This document shows positions 8,922 to 18,112 of a stretch of DNA of 64,000 nucleotides, one piece after another. Source of the DNA: Acutalibacteraceae bacterium. Lineage in GTDB: Bacteria; Bacillota; Clostridia; Oscillospirales; Acutalibacteraceae. How positions within the stretch are numbered: the stretch's first letter is position 1; each line of letters starts with the position of its first letter. The stretch spans positions 5,717-69,716 of the forward strand of contig JAZSQK010000010.1 of NCBI GenBank assembly GCA_045537915.1, read 5' to 3'. The notes under the pieces were generated by a model, which saw nothing but the letters and a program-made list of their open reading frames with translations, was not told the origin of the DNA and searched no databases. The position numbers and the translations under genes are program-made.

Positions 8922-9343
8922 CTCAGGTCCTCCAATCTCTTGTTTTCTCCAAGACCTGCTACCGTCTTTACAAAGTCATTCATAGTGGCTGCAAATTTTG
9001 CGCCCTCTGCCGCAGAAACCCACTCAACACGGGTTCTTTCCTTCTCAATTCCGAGAAAATCAAGCATTGAGAAGAGGGCGGTCATTCGGCGGCGTGTATA
9101 GTAGTTGCCCGAGGTGTAGTGACAGTCTCCCGGGTGGCAACCGCAGATTATAACTCCGTCTGCGCCCCTCTGGAATGCCCTAAGGACAAACATTGGGTTA
9201 ACACGACAAGAACAGGGTACTCTGATTATCTTAACATCGGCAGGATAATTAAGGCGGTTGTTTCCTGCAAGGTCGGCTCCGGCATAGGAGCACCAGTTAC
9301 AACAAAAAGCAACAATCAAGGGCTTATATTCATTTACTTGCAT
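8909..9343 (-). CDS. mvhD: MvhD/FlpD-family protein (methyl-viologen-reducing hydrogenase delta subunit-like; FlxD)
   Basis: IVAFCCNWCSYAGADLAG, IRVPCSCRVNP and ADGVIICGCHPGDCHY are the FlpD signature. Start trimmed to the ATG at 9343 (MQVNEYKPL), overlapping the hdrA stop (ATGCAAGTAA). Confidence 0.85.
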   Translation of the reverse strand: MQVNEYKPLIVAFCCNWCSYAGADLAGNNRLNYPADVKIIRVPCSCRVNPMFVLRAFQRGADGVIICGCHPGDCHYTSGNYYTRRRMTALFSMLDFLGIEKERTRVEWVSAAEGAKFAATMNDFVKTVAGLGENKRLEDLRCKK

Positions 9344-11328
9344 ATTGCATCTACCTCCGCCATAATCTGTCGGCTTGCAAAGCCTCTGAGGTCCATCGCT
9401 CCCGAAGGACAGGCAACCGTACAAGCACCGCAGCCCTGACAAACAGCAGGATTAACCACCGCTACCCTTCTGGTCTTGGTTGTTCTGTCGGGCATACGGA
9501 AATCCTTATCCTCATAGGAAATAGCGCCGTAAGGGCAAACTCTTTCGCAAGAGGAGCAGCCGTTACACATAAGCTCATTACTACTTGCTATACAGGGGTT
9601 GCCCATAAGCTTATCCTTGGCAAGAAGTCCTATTACCTTGGATGCCGCAGCGCCCGCCTGAGAAACAGTTTCGGGGATATCCTTCGGTCCCTGACAGGCT
9701 CCCGACAGGAAAACTCCCGCAGTCGGACTCTCAACCGGTCTGAGCTTGGGGTGAGCCTCGGTAAAGAAGTCATTTGTATCCATACTTGCAGTCAGCATTG
9801 TGGCTAACGGACGGGCCGATTTATCGGGCTCTATAGCCGCCGCTAAGACCACCAGATCGGCATCTATATGGAGCTGCTTGTTATTAAGAAGGTCTGAAGC
9901 CTGAACCAAAAGCTTATCTCCCTGAGGAGTTACCTTTCCGACCATTCCCTTTATGTATTTTACGCCATACTCTTCAACTGCACGACGGTAAAACTCATCA
10001 AAGTTCTTACCCGGAGTTCTTACATCTATATAGAATACATAAACCTCGGTATCGGGATATTTATCCCTTGTGAGCATTGCGTGTTTTGCAGTATACATAC
10101 AGCAGATTTTAGAGCAATACTCCTTTCCCTTCTCGGCGCAGGAATCACAGCGTGAACCCACACACTGAACAAAGACTATTGTATGGGGGTGCTTACCGTC
10201 AGATGGGCGTACAAGCTTTCCTGCAGAGGGTCCTGCCGCATTCGTAAGACGCTCAAACTCGAGAGAGGTAATAACATCCTTCGACTGACTGTAGGCAAAC
10301 TCGTCAAATTTATCAAGGCTAATCGGATTAAAGCCTGTCGCAACCACGATGGCGCCGTATTTTTCCTCTATATACTCGTCCTTCTGGGTATAATCTATAG
10401 CCCCTGCGGTACAAACTCTGGCGCAAAGGCCGCACTTTCCGTTTTTAAGCATATTACAGGCGTTCGGGTCAATAGTAGCAACCTTTGGAACTGCCTGTGC
10501 AAAGGGAATATAGATTGCGCTTCGGTTATCCATACCGAGATTAAACTCGTTAGGAATTTTCTTCATAGGACATTTTTCAACACAGGCTCCGCATCCTGTA
10601 CAAACGTCCTCTTTAACATAACGGGCATTCTTCTTGATTGTAACGTCAAAGTTACCAACAAAGCCCTTTATTTCAGATACCTCACTATAGGAGAAAATTC
10701 TGATTTTCTCATTCTGCGCAACATCAACCATTTTAGGTGTGAGGATACATGCCGCACAGTCAAGGGTCGGGAAGGTTTTGTCAAGCTGAGCCATCTTTCC
10801 GCCGATTGTGGGCTTTGTTTCAACTATATCAACAGGAAAACCTGCATCGGCAATATCAAGTGCAGTCTGAATACCTGCAATACCGCCACCGATAACAAGC
10901 GCCCTCTTTGTTACGGGAGATTCTCCAGGTGTAAGAGGTGTGTTAAGGTTAACCTTTGCTATTGCGGCTCTTCCGAGTATGATTGCCTTTTCGGTACCTG
11001 TTGCAATATCCTTATGTACCCAGGAGCACTGCTCACGGATATTGGCAATTTCAACCATATAAGGATTGAGTCCCGCAGCAGCGGCAGTCTTACGGAAGGT
11101 TGCCTCGTGCATTCTCGGAGAGCAGGAGCAGACAACGATTCCCGTAAGCTTATGCTCGGCAACCGCTTCCTTTATCATATCCTGTCCTGCCTGAGAACAC
11201 ATATACTGATAATTGGTGGAAAAGACGACGCCCGGCTCGTTTTTCAAGGCTTCAGACACTGCCTGTACATCTACAGTACCCGCAATATTGCTTCCGCACC
11301 AACATACAAAAACACCAACTCTTTGCAT
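9334..11328 (-). CDS. hdrA: Heterodisulfide reductase subunit A-like flavoprotein
   Basis: VGVFVCWCGSNIAGTVD, ALVIGGGIAGIQTALDIADAGFPV...GGKMAQLDKTFPTLDCAACILTPKM, and several CxxCxxCxxxCP ferredoxin motifs. 664 aa. Confidence 0.9.
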   Translation of the reverse strand: MQRVGVFVCWCGSNIAGTVDVQAVSEALKNEPGVVFSTNYQYMCSQAGQDMIKEAVAEHKLTGIVVCSCSPRMHEATFRKTAAAAGLNPYMVEIANIREQCSWVHKDIATGTEKAIILGRAAIAKVNLNTPLTPGESPVTKRALVIGGGIAGIQTALDIADAGFPVDIVETKPTIGGKMAQLDKTFPTLDCAACILTPKMVDVAQNEKIRIFSYSEVSEIKGFVGNFDVTIKKNARYVKEDVCTGCGACVEKCPMKKIPNEFNLGMDNRSAIYIPFAQAVPKVATIDPNACNMLKNGKCGLCARVCTAGAIDYTQKDEYIEEKYGAIVVATGFNPISLDKFDEFAYSQSKDVITSLEFERLTNAAGPSAGKLVRPSDGKHPHTIVFVQCVGSRCDSCAEKGKEYCSKICCMYTAKHAMLTRDKYPDTEVYVFYIDVRTPGKNFDEFYRRAVEEYGVKYIKGMVGKVTPQGDKLLVQASDLLNNKQLHIDADLVVLAAAIEPDKSARPLATMLTASMDTNDFFTEAHPKLRPVESPTAGVFLSGACQGPKDIPETVSQAGAAASKVIGLLAKDKLMGNPCIASSNELMCNGCSSCERVCPYGAISYEDKDFRMPDRTTKTRRVAVVNPAVCQGCGACTVACPSGAMDLRGFASRQIMAEVDAICK

Positions 11329-11342
11329 TAGTCCTTTCCTCC

Positions 11343-11729
11343 CTACTTAGTATATTTTCTGAACATGCTGACAAGCAGCTGTTGAGGTGTATCCCCATCA
11401 ACAATCTCAGGTATATTGTCGGCAGTTAAATGATTTTCGCCCTGTTTTCTTACTGCGGCAAGGCGGACTGCCTCAACCAGCTTTGCAGGTTCGACACCTC
11501 TGGGGCATCTTTCAATACATGCAAAACAGGAAAGACATTTATATAACGACTCTGATTTAAGCAGAGGTTCAATATCGCCGCTTTCGACCATATTTACGAA
11601 CTGATGAGGATGGTATTCCATCTCGTCATATGCGGGACAGGTTGCCGAACACTTTCCGCAGCGCATACATTTTCTGGGATTAACTCCGCTTATGCGCACA
11701 ATTTCTTCCTGAAGATACTTATTTTCCAT
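11343..11729 (-). CDS. hdrC: Heterodisulfide reductase subunit C-like (2x 4Fe-4S)
   Basis: CMRCGKCSATCP and CLSCFACIERCP. 128 aa. Overlaps hdrB by 11 nt. Confidence 0.85.
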   Translation of the reverse strand: MENKYLQEEIVRISGVNPRKCMRCGKCSATCPAYDEMEYHPHQFVNMVESGDIEPLLKSESLYKCLSCFACIERCPRGVEPAKLVEAVRLAAVRKQGENHLTADNIPEIVDGDTPQQLLVSMFRKYTK

Positions 11730-12513
11730 TTGTATCCTCCTTTACACCGAGGGCCTGTGCCAAAAGCTCGGTAAAATATACAACCGGAATGTCTGTGCCG
11801 TTTTTAATAAGGTTAAAGCGGCAAAGAGGACATGCGGTTATTATCATTTCGGCGCCCTGTGCCTTTGCATTTTCAACTACTGCATTGCTGTTCTTTTTAG
11901 CAAGTTCAGGGCTCTCTGTAGATATGTATCCGCCGCAGCATTCGTTGCGTCTTGCATAGATTACTGCCTCGGCGCCGAGCGCTCTGATAAAATCCTCCAT
12001 AATGGTAGGATTTTCGGGGTCGTCCATCTTCATAACACCGCTCGGTCTTAAAAGCAGGCAGCCGTAATATGCTGCGATTTTTTTGCCCTTAAAGGAATTT
12101 ACAACCCTTTCTTTAAGGGTATCAAAGCCAACCATATCACGGAGCATTTCGAGATAATGTAAAACCTCGGTCTGACCGTTATATTCTGCCTCATCAGACA
12201 TATATCTGTTTACCTTGTCGGCAAACTCTTTGTTATCTGACAAGGCATAATTTGTCTGCTTTATTACATTGTGACAGGCCGAGCATACCGTAACAAGCGG
12301 CTGTTCCTTATCATATGCAGCTTTAAGCGCACGAACAGATGAAAGCTTTGTTGCTATCTCGTCTGTAGCGGTTGTAAACACACCGCCGCAGCACTGCCAA
12401 TTTTCAATTTCTTCCAGAGTAACACCCAGAGCCTCTGCCGATTTACGAGCATAGATATCAAGGTCTTTAGCCTTATTCTTAAGGGTGCAGCCCGGAAAAT
12501 AACTAACCTTCAT
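11719..12513 (-). CDS. hdrB: Heterodisulfide reductase subunit B-like (two CCG domains)
   Basis: Two Cys-rich CCG motifs (WQCCGGVF...CSACH and NECCGGYIS...ACPLC). Confidence 0.85.
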   Translation of the reverse strand: MKVSYFPGCTLKNKAKDLDIYARKSAEALGVTLEEIENWQCCGGVFTTATDEIATKLSSVRALKAAYDKEQPLVTVCSACHNVIKQTNYALSDNKEFADKVNRYMSDEAEYNGQTEVLHYLEMLRDMVGFDTLKERVVNSFKGKKIAAYYGCLLLRPSGVMKMDDPENPTIMEDFIRALGAEAVIYARRNECCGGYISTESPELAKKNSNAVVENAKAQGAEMIITACPLCRFNLIKNGTDIPVVYFTELLAQALGVKEDTNGK

Positions 12514-12527
12514 TAGATTACCTCCGA

Positions 12528-13904
12528 TTACGCCATCTCTTCGGGATGGAAAACTTCATCAAATCTCTCGGCAGTTAAAAATCCGAGTTCAACACAGGCC
12601 TCTTTGAGAGAAATATTATCCTTAAAGGCCTTTTTTGCTGTCTTAGCGGCATTTTCATAACCGATATAGGGGTTAAGCGCCGTAACAAGCATTAAGGAGT
12701 TGTGCAGATTATGGTGCATCTTCTCCTTATTCGCCTTAATTCCCACCGCACAATTCTTATTAAATGAGGTTATTGCCTCAGCCAAAAGTCTTGCTGACTG
12801 GAGGAAGTTGTAAATGCATACAGGCATAAATACATTCAGTTCAAAATTGCCCTGAGAAGCCGCCAGGCCGACCGCAACATCGTTACCCATTACCTGAACC
12901 GCAACCATAGTTACCGCTTCGCACTGTGTGGGATTTACCTTGCCGGGCATTATAGAAGAACCGGGTTCGTTCTCGGGAATAAATATCTCGCCGAGTCCGT
13001 CACGTGGACCTGATGCTAACCAACGGATATCGTTTGCTATCTTCATCATATCGCAGGCGAGAGCCTTGATTGCGCCGTGGGCAAAAACAAGCTCATCCTT
13101 TGAGGTTAATGAATGGAATTTATTTGCCGCAGTTATAAAGGGCTTTCCTGTGATTTTTGCAACCTCTGCCGCTACCCCTGTATCAAAGCCGTCGGGCGCA
13201 TTAAGTCCGGTTCCGACAGCAGTTCCACCGAGGGCAAGTTCATAAAGAGGCTCTATAGAGCGCTTTACAAGCTCGATATCCTTCTCTAAACTTGAACGCC
13301 AACCGCTTATCTCCTGGCTGAACTTTATGGGTGTTGCATCCTGCAAATGTGTTCTTCCGCTTTTTACTATTCCTTCATTCTCAGCCTCAAGTCTTTTAAA
13401 GGTTTGGATAAGCTCCTTTGCCGCAGGAATAAGCTTATCCTCCAGAATAAGCACAGCAGCAATATGCATTGCGGTTGGGAAGGTATCGTTTGAGGACTGG
13501 CTCATATTTACATCATCGTTAGGATGAAGAAGCTTTTTGCCTAATATCTGATTACCTCTGTTGGCGATAACCTCGTTGGCATTCATATTGGACTGGGTTC
13601 CCGAGCCTGTCTGCCAGACAACCAGCGGAAAATGTCCGTTCAGTTTGCCCTCTCTTATTTCGTCACAGGCAACCGAGATTGCCTTCATTTTTTCCTCGGT
13701 CATCTTTTCGGGACGAAGGGCGTGATTGGCAATAGACGCCGCCTTCTTAAGAATTCCGAATGCATTGATTATTTCGGCCGGCATGGTTTCGATTCCAACG
13801 CCGATTTCGAAGTTTTCGTGGCTTCTCTGTGTCTGAGCCGCCCAAAGACGATCTGCGGGGACCTTCATTTCTCCCATTGAGTCATGTTCGATACGATATT
13901 CCAT
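12528..13904 (-). CDS. fumC: Class II fumarate hydratase
   Basis: GSSIMPGKVNPTQCEA lyase-1 signature. MEYRIEHDSMGEMKVPADRLWAAQTQRS N-terminus. 458 aa. Confidence 0.95.
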   Translation of the reverse strand: MEYRIEHDSMGEMKVPADRLWAAQTQRSHENFEIGVGIETMPAEIINAFGILKKAASIANHALRPEKMTEEKMKAISVACDEIREGKLNGHFPLVVWQTGSGTQSNMNANEVIANRGNQILGKKLLHPNDDVNMSQSSNDTFPTAMHIAAVLILEDKLIPAAKELIQTFKRLEAENEGIVKSGRTHLQDATPIKFSQEISGWRSSLEKDIELVKRSIEPLYELALGGTAVGTGLNAPDGFDTGVAAEVAKITGKPFITAANKFHSLTSKDELVFAHGAIKALACDMMKIANDIRWLASGPRDGLGEIFIPENEPGSSIMPGKVNPTQCEAVTMVAVQVMGNDVAVGLAASQGNFELNVFMPVCIYNFLQSARLLAEAITSFNKNCAVGIKANKEKMHHNLHNSLMLVTALNPYIGYENAAKTAKKAFKDNISLKEACVELGFLTAERFDEVFHPEEMA

Positions 13905-13922
13905 TTATTGTAACCTCACTTA

Positions 13923-14864
13923 TTAAAACTGAATACTGTTGATTACCTGCTTGAGACTCTCTGCGCTCTTGTGTAAAGCGGCAACTTCACTGTCGTTTAG
14001 CGGAAGCATTACCTTGCCGTTAACCGTCTTATTTCCCACAACGGTCAAAAGGCTAAGACAGACATCGTCTATTCCGTACTCACCGTGAAGCATGGTTGAA
14101 ACGGTCAGGGTGGTATCAAGATTGCTGAGCAGACATTTGCAAACGTGGCAAACCGACACCGATACTGCGTAATAGGTGGCTCCCTTGCGCTGAATTACAC
14201 GGGCGCCCGATTTGCGAACGTAGTTTTCAACCTCTTCGATATCAAAATTAGGATATTCCTCATCTGTTACAACTGCTTTGCTGAAATCTGTTATCGGAAC
14301 ATTCGAAATGTTGGCAATAGACCAGGGAATAAATGAGGAATCGCCGTGCTCTCCAAGCACATATGCGTGAACATTCTTCTGGTTGACCGAATAGTATTCA
14401 GCTACCCTTGCACGAAGCCTTGCGGTATCCAGAATGGTTCCCGAACCGATTACACGGTTTTCGGGAATTCCCGAGCATTTGCAAAAAACATATGTGAGAA
14501 CGTCAACGGGATTGCTTACTATTATGTAGGTTGCATCAGGTGCGTGTTTTACTATCTGAGAGGCAACCGCTTTAATTACGTTTACATTGGTCTGGGCAAG
14601 GTCAAGCCTTGACTGGCCCGGCTTTCTGGCAAGACCCGAAGTAATAATAACTATGTCTGAATTTTCGGCATCCGCATATGTACCTGCATAAACAAAGGTG
14701 GGATTGCAGAAAGGAACACCCTGTCTGATATCCAGAGCCTCTCCCAAGGATTTTTCTTCATTTATGTCGATCATAACTATTTCGGAGGCAATTCCCATAA
14801 TGGTCAAGGTGTAGGCAATGGTTGAGCCTACGCTTCCCGAGCCGACTATTGTAATTTTATTCAT
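13923..14864 (-). CDS. mdh: Malate dehydrogenase (LDH-like MDH subfamily)
   Basis: KITIVGSGSVGST Rossmann fold. The substrate-discriminating position reads GLARKPGQSRLDL, with Arg as in MDH (PRKPGMSR) rather than the Gln of LDH. GEHGDS active-site His. Confidence 0.75.
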   Translation of the reverse strand: MNKITIVGSGSVGSTIAYTLTIMGIASEIVMIDINEEKSLGEALDIRQGVPFCNPTFVYAGTYADAENSDIVIITSGLARKPGQSRLDLAQTNVNVIKAVASQIVKHAPDATYIIVSNPVDVLTYVFCKCSGIPENRVIGSGTILDTARLRARVAEYYSVNQKNVHAYVLGEHGDSSFIPWSIANISNVPITDFSKAVVTDEEYPNFDIEEVENYVRKSGARVIQRKGATYYAVSVSVCHVCKCLLSNLDTTLTVSTMLHGEYGIDDVCLSLLTVVGNKTVNGKVMLPLNDSEVAALHKSAESLKQVINSIQF

Positions 14865-14899
14865 ATAAAAACCTCTTTTCTTTTTGTATGGTTTGTTTT

Positions 14900-16072
14900 T
14901 TAAAAATAACTTACATTTACCCTTTTACCCATTTGCTTAAGACATAATGCAAGTTCATCCACTAAATTCATTTTAATTATAAAGGTTATTGGCAGGTCGG
15001 GACTTTGATGTGCAGGATTAACCGCAGTTCCGACAAAAATCTTTATATCTGTGGCTTCCTCAAACAACAACCTGCACATACGGGAGGCTCCGTCATCCTG
15101 AACACTCCAGTTTTTGTACTCGATATTGTCGGCAAGATAATCCTTGGCAAGTTCAAGCACCCTGTTTACAGTAATAATTCCCTCTGTCACAAGGTCAACT
15201 CCCTCGATGGTTGCAACCGGAGGCATACCCGACTCGCTGAAATCAAGAGATGCCTTTAAGGGTTTATTGAGATACCTTGCCGCAATCGACGAGGTTGTTC
15301 CGCCACAGACTATATACTTACCCTTTTGAGCAAAGAACTGCGCCATCATGCGATTGGTGTCCTCGTGGTCGGCAGGAGGTCCGAAAAGCATATTCATAGG
15401 CAACCTGTTTTTGACCCTTATAACACAGGCGGTCGCATCATCTCCGGGTGTGTACCCGTATAGTCTGTCGCACTCATCTATAAGATTGGTTGCCAGAACC
15501 TTTGCGGTGTGATTATCTTTAGCCAGGCCCTGAGTATACTTTGCGATCTCTTCCCGTCTCCAACCGAAATTGAAGCTTCTGCCTATACCCGCATGAGAAC
15601 AGCCGTCTGTTATTGCAACAATAACATCCTCTTCCTTAAGTTCAATCTGAGAGCAGAAAACAGGTTTTCCGCAGATAATCTCTTTTGTTTTAGGATAATC
15701 CCAGACCTCGCCGTCACGTATGATTATTATCTCGGGATTGTCGTACTGAAATATCTGGGCTGTTTTATTGTTCTTTAAATGTATTACTGTAAAGGTTGAA
15801 TATGCGACTCCACGGACAGAGCATACAGGCAGTATTTCATCAATTGTTGAAATACATTCCTCCAGAGATGCCCCCTTCGCAATCATCGAAGAAAGGGTTT
15901 TTGAGGTTAAGGTTGCAAGGACATTCGCCTTTACTCCGCTGCCCAGACCGTCGCAAAGCACGATAATCTTTGAGTTTTCATCGGTCTCAAGGATATCGAT
16001 ATTGTCGCCGCAAAGCTTTTCGCCGTAATGAAGTATGCTTTTATATCCGATTTCAACACATAAATCACTCAT
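14900..16072 (-). CDS. PP2C/SpoIIE-family serine phosphatase with an additional ~190 aa C-terminal domain (HfsC-like partner of sensory hydrogenases)
   Basis: GEKLCGDNIDIL...VLCDGLGSGVKANVLA...ITDGCSHAG matches the SpoIIE/PP2C metal-binding Asp motifs. Overlaps the hydS stop by 8 nt. Confidence 0.7.
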   Translation of the reverse strand: MSDLCVEIGYKSILHYGEKLCGDNIDILETDENSKIIVLCDGLGSGVKANVLATLTSKTLSSMIAKGASLEECISTIDEILPVCSVRGVAYSTFTVIHLKNNKTAQIFQYDNPEIIIIRDGEVWDYPKTKEIICGKPVFCSQIELKEEDVIVAITDGCSHAGIGRSFNFGWRREEIAKYTQGLAKDNHTAKVLATNLIDECDRLYGYTPGDDATACVIRVKNRLPMNMLFGPPADHEDTNRMMAQFFAQKGKYIVCGGTTSSIAARYLNKPLKASLDFSESGMPPVATIEGVDLVTEGIITVNRVLELAKDYLADNIEYKNWSVQDDGASRMCRLLFEEATDIKIFVGTAVNPAHQSPDLPITFIIKMNLVDELALCLKQMGKRVNVSYF

Positions 16073-17741
16073 CTGCCGCAGACTCCTTCAGTTTTGAAAG
16101 CTTAACCTTTGTCTCGGCAACGGTCTCTCCCAAAAGGGATGCTACCTGCTGAACCATATTCATATGCAGCTCAAGCACCTCATCGGCCGTTTGCGCCGTC
16201 ATATGACCGATTTTTTCTTTCTCTTCCCTCTCGTTTTCATCGTCGGTAACGTCCCTGATAATTCCAATGATAAGGTGGGAAGCTTTATCATAGATTACAG
16301 TGCGCTCTACATATTTGTTATATCGGTCAAGATATACCCGTTCATTACGGGCAAACCTTTTGTTTTCCAAGGCGTTTATGAAAACCGTAGGGTCAAGAAT
16401 TCTCATTACCTCTGAACCTATTACTTCAGAAGCAGAAGCAATGTTCAGAATTTTTTTTGCAGCCTCATTTATCTGACAAACCTCAAGGCTTTCGTTTAAA
16501 AGTATTATTCCGTCGGGGAAATTTTTAATAATATTGTTTGAAAAGCTTTCATTGTTTCCTTTTAAAAGGGGTAAACACATTGAAATATCAGCCTTACCCT
16601 GACATACTGCCTCGGCCTTTTGTCTGCAGGTGTCGTAACCGCAAATTCCGCAGTCAAGCTGTTTTTCCTTTTCTACTCTTCCCATCTGAGAGAGAACCTT
16701 TTCAATTTCTTTTGCCGACGGTGTAGCCCGTTTAAGCAGAGTTTTATTAAACTGCTTTTTTATTCCATCAGTTTGGGCATTATATATCTTTAAATTATCC
16801 TCTGATGCAGAGTTTAATATTTTTAAATAATCCTCTACAGGTTTTGAAGCGTATTTTTTCTCCATAGCGTGACTGCCTATACATCCGCCTTCGCACGCCC
16901 ACATCTCAATAAAGCAATTATTCACGCTGTTATTTTCTATTTCACAAAGGGCGGCAATGCAGTCTTCTATTCTGTCAAGAGAGATGTATGTAAACTTTTG
17001 AGGTTTATCTTCCATCGACTTTATAATTCCGCCCGAAGTAGCCATCAGACGTTCTTTTGCGCCCTTTTGGATATCGCTTTCGGGGCTAAGCTTTATGTTT
17101 GCTTCACCCAGCAAGGCCGAAAGCTCCCCAAAGGTAATCGCCGCATCGACGGCCCCGCCGCATTCCTGCAGTTCGTCCTTTGCGGCTATGCAAGGGCCTA
17201 TGAAAACAGTCTTTGCATCAGGATATCTCCTCTTTATATCGGTACAATGAGCCTGCATAGGCGAGACAACCTGAGCAAGATATTTTTGATTTTCCGGAAA
17301 ATACTTCCTTATAAGAAGATTCACAGAGTGGCAGACCGAGGATATTACAATACCGCTTGTTTTCTCGCAAAGTGTTTTTTCATATTCAGCCTTAACCATT
17401 GCTGCGCCGACAACAGTTTCCTCGACCTCAAAGAAGCCCAGTTTTTTAAGGGCATTTTCCATTGAGCTTATGCCCACCGAATAATTTGCGATAAAGGCGG
17501 GAGATATACTGGCTATTACAGGGGCATCCCCTTGTAACAGACCCTTTACCCTCTCTACATCGTTTGCAACCTCTTTTGCGTTCTGTGGACAAAAGGTTAC
17601 GCATCTGCCGCAGATTATACAGTCTTTATAGTTTATGTACGCCTGATTTGAAGCAAAGCCTATTGCTTTTACAGGACAGTTCCGAATGCACTTATAACAG
17701 TCTTTGCAGTTTGATTTTTTTGTAGTCAAACAAATAGACAT
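16065..17741 (-). CDS. hydS: Putative sensory [FeFe]-hydrogenase (group C, HydS/HfsB-like) with C-terminal PAS domain
   Basis: N-terminal CKDCYKCIRNCP/CIICGRCVTFCP ferredoxin motifs. H-cluster motifs are altered as in HydS: SSVCHSV (instead of TSCCP), GPCIAAKDE and EMWACEGGCIGS. An extra Cys cluster CGICGYDTC...C...C is followed by a PAS-like ~110 aa. Confidence 0.8.
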   Translation of the reverse strand: MSICLTTKKSNCKDCYKCIRNCPVKAIGFASNQAYINYKDCIICGRCVTFCPQNAKEVANDVERVKGLLQGDAPVIASISPAFIANYSVGISSMENALKKLGFFEVEETVVGAAMVKAEYEKTLCEKTSGIVISSVCHSVNLLIRKYFPENQKYLAQVVSPMQAHCTDIKRRYPDAKTVFIGPCIAAKDELQECGGAVDAAITFGELSALLGEANIKLSPESDIQKGAKERLMATSGGIIKSMEDKPQKFTYISLDRIEDCIAALCEIENNSVNNCFIEMWACEGGCIGSHAMEKKYASKPVEDYLKILNSASEDNLKIYNAQTDGIKKQFNKTLLKRATPSAKEIEKVLSQMGRVEKEKQLDCGICGYDTCRQKAEAVCQGKADISMCLPLLKGNNESFSNNIIKNFPDGIILLNESLEVCQINEAAKKILNIASASEVIGSEVMRILDPTVFINALENKRFARNERVYLDRYNKYVERTVIYDKASHLIIGIIRDVTDDENEREEKEKIGHMTAQTADEVLELHMNMVQQVASLLGETVAETKVKLSKLKESAADE

Positions 17742-17786
17742 ATCCCGTTACATCCTTTCAAGAAATAAAGCTAATCTTTTCACAGA

Positions 17787-18038
17787 TTATAATTTTGCCA
17801 ATACCTCTTTGTTGAAGAACTCCTCAGCTGTGTCGGGCGATACCGAATGAAAGTTATCGTCAACCGAAACGCAAACGCCCTCCTGACATCTTCCCATGCA
17901 GAAAGTGCCGCCAAGATCCACCTGTTCTTCAAGCTTATGCTGAGCAATTAAATCCTTAAGCTTTTCGACCACCTGTCTGGAGCCTTTTACGTGACAAGAG
18001 CTTCCGATACATACAGTAATTTTCATTTGATAATTCAT
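17787..18038 (-). CDS. Thioredoxin-like [2Fe-2S] ferredoxin (NuoE/HfsA-like)
   Basis: KITVCIGSSCHVKGS...GGTFCMGRCQEG has the four Cys in the NuoE-type spacing. 83 aa. Confidence 0.7.
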   Translation of the reverse strand: MNYQMKITVCIGSSCHVKGSRQVVEKLKDLIAQHKLEEQVDLGGTFCMGRCQEGVCVSVDDNFHSVSPDTAEEFFNKEVLAKL

Positions 18039-18112
18039 CCTTTCAAATAGGGTTTATCGAATTAAAGACAATTAACTACAGGATTAGAGGTAAAACCACC
18101 CCAATTATTAAA

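Noticed and set aside
6075-9442. Longer ORF-track starts for flxA (6977), flxB (7990) and mvhD (9442). The same applies to rplK (27056), rplJ (25642), rpmG (28521), argH (33999), luxS (47203), rpsF (62678), nrdR (43574) and rplM (54154).
   Set aside because: The extensions overlap the upstream gene or a leader, add non-conserved residues, and lack an SD. Internal ATGs have good SDs or stop-start overlaps and give canonical N-termini.
10183-11331. Long antisense ORF (+, 382 aa) inside hdrA
   Set aside because: It is fully embedded antisense in a gene with unambiguous HdrA motifs. The translation is Cys/Arg/Leu-rich with no recognisable motif and no SD. This is a typical shadow ORF.
9334-12513. 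HdrABC/MvhD taken as evidence for a methanogen or a CoM-S-S-CoB metabolism
   Set aside because: Everything else is bacterial and Firmicute-like: peptidoglycan genes, T-box, ribosomal operon layout, LuxS, IS200. There are no methanogenesis genes. Bacterial Hdr-Flx complexes are well known.
16869-17465. Antisense ORF (+, 198 aa) inside hydS. The same applies to the many 60-170 aa ORFs antisense to frdA, flxB, fumC, murA, argH, glgA, glgC, ddh and others.
   Set aside because: All overlap strongly supported genes on the other strand and lack motifs and ribosome-binding sites.
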